Source of the DNA: the human T2T-CHM13v2.0 reference genome, Homo sapiens
Assembly (NCBI RefSeq): GCF_009914755.1
Contig: NC_060928.1
Length of the DNA stretch: 64,000 nucleotides
Strand: one strand, 5' to 3'
Of the stretch, positions 60,633 to 64,000 are shown piece by piece. The translations under genes were made by a program, and so were the position numbers. Under the pieces are notes generated by a model that saw only the letters and a program-made list of their open reading frames with translations, did no database searches and was not told where the DNA came from. Each line of letters begins with the position of its first letter. Position 1 is the first letter of the stretch.

Positions 60633-63081
60633 GAAGGCATAAAAATGTAAATTCTTGCCAAGGGTTAAAGAATTGTCTTAAATTAGATAAGATAAAGCTA
60701 AAAGTTCAAACTAGTGGTGGAAGAATTGTAAAAATTAGCCTTGCAAAAATTCCATGTATAAACATGTTGACTAAATGCAAAAGGGTATTATATGGTTTTT
60801 ATGTAAATTGAGCATTGAAATAAAAACACAACAAGGTACTCTTAAGATACTAATATGCTCTTTGGCAAAATTTATAAAGGATTATAAATGATTTTTCGCT
60901 TTTTAAGTTTTTGAGTCATCACTTTGACAAAATAAATAAATTATGGCAATCTGGAATTCTATTTCATAACATCAAGTATTTTAAATATTTAACATATTTA
61001 TCAGGCTTCCCCAAATCAAACTTCAGTTTCAAAATTGTCTTTCCTGATGCCTGGCTTTTTGGATGGTTCAGAAAGCCCTTGGAACATGCAGAAAAGAGGT
61101 AAACAGAATTATTTGACATATTTAGTTACATGAGGTTGCCAAAATGATATTCAATCTTTTTTAGTTTATATTTTGTTGAATAGTACTAATTTGTTCCAAA
61201 ATTGCATGGGATTTCTAAAATTCGAATGTCTAAGCATAGACTATCAATGATAATTAAGGTTTTGTTAAGTTATTGTAAACCGCAGGGATAACCAAATGTC
61301 TTTGTCAATTGTGTTTCTAACTGTAACTGTCCTGGACATTTTGTTATTCACAGAGAACTGTTGTCTTATTTTAATCCTTCTCAAAAGATAATTTATAATA
61401 AGCTATGGAGCATTGAAGGTGCTCTCAAATACAGGTTTCTGATAACTTTGGAGTTTGTAATATTGGAATAAAGGAAAAATGTACAGGACTCATGAAGAGC
61501 TAAAAGGTTCAGAAATATAAAGCAAAACAAGAGGTAATTGAATGAACTCAGGAAACTGAAGTAAACTTTTGGACTTTTGGATGGAATATTGCTAATCCTT
61601 GTTTTGTTTTTCAGAATCAAGGAAATTTATTTTGAACTATTTACAGTCTTTGATAATTGAGTATAGTATACACCTTTGAATAAAATCTGGAGCATTTTTG
61701 TTTCTCTCTGCCTGGTTCCCATAGAATTTGAAAACTATCTATGAGTTTTCTCAACTTACAGCAATATAGTTGTTTGCATCAGTGCAATAAGAATCCATTT
61801 TGCTTTGCAACAGGACATAATTGGAGAAATTGGTTGTTTTACCAAAGCTTATAAAAAAGACTAGAAGGGTGTTCTTCCCTTTAAGGAATTGAGCTTGACT
61901 TGCAGAGCTGACAAAAGCACCTTGGGAAAAATCTGGCCTAATACCCTTGCCTATGCAGTCCCTGCACAGGATTTCTGACCCGTGGTCAGTAAAGAATGCC
62001 ACTTTCTAACAGGCCCAGGAGCTCCAACTTTGTCTTGGGACCTTAAGAGGAAAGGATCACCCAACTCACAGATATCTGAGGATACAAACCCATGGCTGGG
62101 CTCAGCTTTAATAGGATTTATCTGAGGAAGATCCAGAGGAAGATGATAACAGAGGTTAAAAGGCATGGCACAGGTGAGCATGGCTAATTTCTGCTGATTA
62201 AACCAAGCCTCCCGTTTCATGGCTAAAGGTCATACTAGTATCCATGGCATAAATGAGGTCTAGGGAACTTCAAAACTACTGAACATAGGGGGTATTCCCT
62301 ACTTGAATAGGTGAGAGTAGATCATTCTTATTCTCTAAGTGCTCCCTGTTTCATGGATGCAAGCCACTTTGACACCAATGGCTGGCACCTGCCAAGGTCA
62401 CTGGTGCTCAGGGATCCAAGGACAGAAGAGGGAAAGAGGATGCTCTTCCTTCGCTCCCTCACATACCCTGGGTATTTGTTAGGAAGTGAAGGAACCAAGG
62501 ATGCTTGTTCCCCTTTTTCTAGATGAATAACCATTCATCCCTGTATCCCTTTCAAATGCATCCTGAACTACTAGGACTGCTTTGAAAAAATGTCTTCTTT
62601 TTTTATTTCTCCTCCTCTGTCCTCTCTTTGTTGGTAGGTAATTGTGTCTCTGTACTATAGCATACTACCCTCAGGTGCATCCTCCAGACAGGGAAGAGTT
62701 AATTTCCCAAAACTCAGACTGGTTGGCTTATGATTGGGCACAGGGAAAGGGAACTCAGAAGCCCAACATGCCAGCAAAAGGTTAAAGTTTTTGACAAGTC
62801 AGGATTTTGGCCTCCCTCTCCCTGTGCAAACCGATAAAAGGCCTCAGGATTTTTGAGCTGTCTTTACCCTTCCTTTTCTTGTTTTGAGACATGTTTTCTA
62901 ATAACTAGTTTGATCTCTTCTTGCCTTCAGGCCATCAAACTCCAAACAGTCATGCAACCAAAGTCTTGGACAGAGGGCATTTTCTGCTGGGGACCCTTAG
63001 ATAGTTCTCTGAGGGAGATCTAACTGCCTTTTCCCTAAAACAGCGCCCCCTGTCAGCAGGAAGGAGTTAAGATTCGTCTTC

Positions 63082-63203
63082 ATCCTTCTCCTCCTCCTCC
63101 TCCTCCTCCTTCTCTCTCTTCTGCTGCTCCCACTCCTGCTCCTTATTGTCATATTTATCCTTATCCTTATCCTTATCCTTATCTTTATCCTTATCCTTAT
63201 CCT
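63082..63203. repeat. (CTC)n followed by (CTTATC)n simple repeats
   Basis: CTCCTCCTC... and ATCCTTATCCTT...; source of the R/RI-rich ORF 62997-63284. Confidence 0.92.
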
Positions 63204-63238
63204 AATGTCAGTTAGATGTACTTCTTTAGAGGTGGGAA

Positions 63239-63251
63239 TGAGACAACCAAG
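63239..63251 (+). mobile_element. First 13 bp of the provirus 3' LTR
   Basis: TGAGACAACCAAG follows the PPT and matches the 5' LTR start TGAGACAGCTAAC. Confidence 0.75.
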
Positions 63252-64000
63252 GGAAGAGAATAGAGAGCCCAGACACAGATCCATGTAACTGTCTTCAATT
63301 GCTCTTTGACAAAGGCAATATAATGGAGAAAATATATTCTTTTCAACAAATGGTAGAAGAACAACTGGACATACATGTGCAAAAAAAGAACCTATACACA
63401 GACCTTAAACCCTTCATACAAATTATTTCTAAATATATAATAGAGTTAAATGTAAAATGCAAAACACTAAAAGTCCTAGAAGATAACAGAAGGGCAAACT
63501 TGGTAACTGAGGTATAGTGATGACTTTTTAGACACAACACCAATGGCACAATACATTAAGGAAAAAATTGATAAGCTTGGCTTAATTAAAATTTAAAAAC
63601 TTTGCTCTGTATAAGACAATGTCAAGGTAATGAAAATACAAGACACAGGTTGGGGGGACACTATTTTCAAGGGACACATCTGATAAAGAACTGTTACCAA
63701 CAATATATAAAGAACTCTTTAAATTCAGCAGTAGGAAAATGAAAGGCCAGATTAAAACATGACTCAAATACTTCTTTAACATATCCTTGACCAAAGAAGA
63801 TATGCATATGGCAAGTAAGTACATGCAAAGTTGTTTTTTTTTAACATCATATGTCATTAAAGAATTGCAAATTAAGGCAACAATGAGATACCATCGCACA
63901 TCTATTAGAATGGCCAAGATAAAAAACACTGACAACACCAAATGCCAACAAGTGTGCAGAGCAATGGGATTTCTCACACATTGTAGGTAGAAATGCAAAA
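63252..64000 (+). mobile_element. Old L1 (L1M/L1MC) ORF2 3' region, running off the window end
   Basis: GAATAGAGAGCCCAGA, TTTGACAAAGG, TCTTTTCAACAAATGG, ACAATGAGATACCA..TATTAGAATGGC; peptide KEDMHMASKYM..IKELQIKATMRYH. Confidence 0.9.

Larger units (their letters stand above)
58854..63238 (+). mobile_element. MER61/HUERS-P3-like non-autonomous ERV1 internal region
   Basis: PBS-like TGGAGTCCAGACATGGGGC at 58859; splice donor AAG|GTAAGT at 58888; MER4-group AT-rich interior; gag-MA-like remnant 62523-62583; env-tail remnant 62931-63023; PPT AGAGGTGGGAA before 63239. Confidence 0.85.

Noticed and set aside
62997-63284. Arg-rich 95-aa ORF (RIRIRI..RRRRR)
   Set aside because: Product of the (GATAAG)n and (GAG)n simple repeats

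Overview
AT-rich, non-coding primate genomic DNA. Alu, L1PA, THE1, LTR2 and LTR10C content points to a catarrhine, probably human, in a gene desert or large intron. I find no host protein-coding exon. The ORF-track entries that can be identified fall in Alus, L1/ERV relics or simple repeats; the rest look like chance ORFs. The window is a layered record of mobile elements: about 9 Alus or Alu fragments, MIR/L2/HAL1 relics, several L1 pieces (including a 3.8-kb L1PA8-like copy), MaLR LTRs, solo LTR10C and LTR2 with 4-bp TSDs, an MLT2A/HERV-L fragment, and a 4.7-kb MER61-type provirus carrying a nested THE1. Three observations stand out. (1) A 38-nt tailless tRNA-Ile(UAU) 5'-exon retrocopy with a 14-bp TSD at 42149-42186. 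(2) A perfect 103-bp templated insertion at 17136-17238, copied from 14972-15074, with an 11-bp flanking duplication and snap-back hairpins at both junctions. (3) A rearrangement junction at about 63251, where the provirus 3' LTR stops after 13 bp and joins an oppositely oriented L1. I see no evidence of a new multi-gene system. Repeat subfamily names come from recalled consensus sequences and need Dfam/RepeatMasker confirmation; boundaries of old repeats are approximate.
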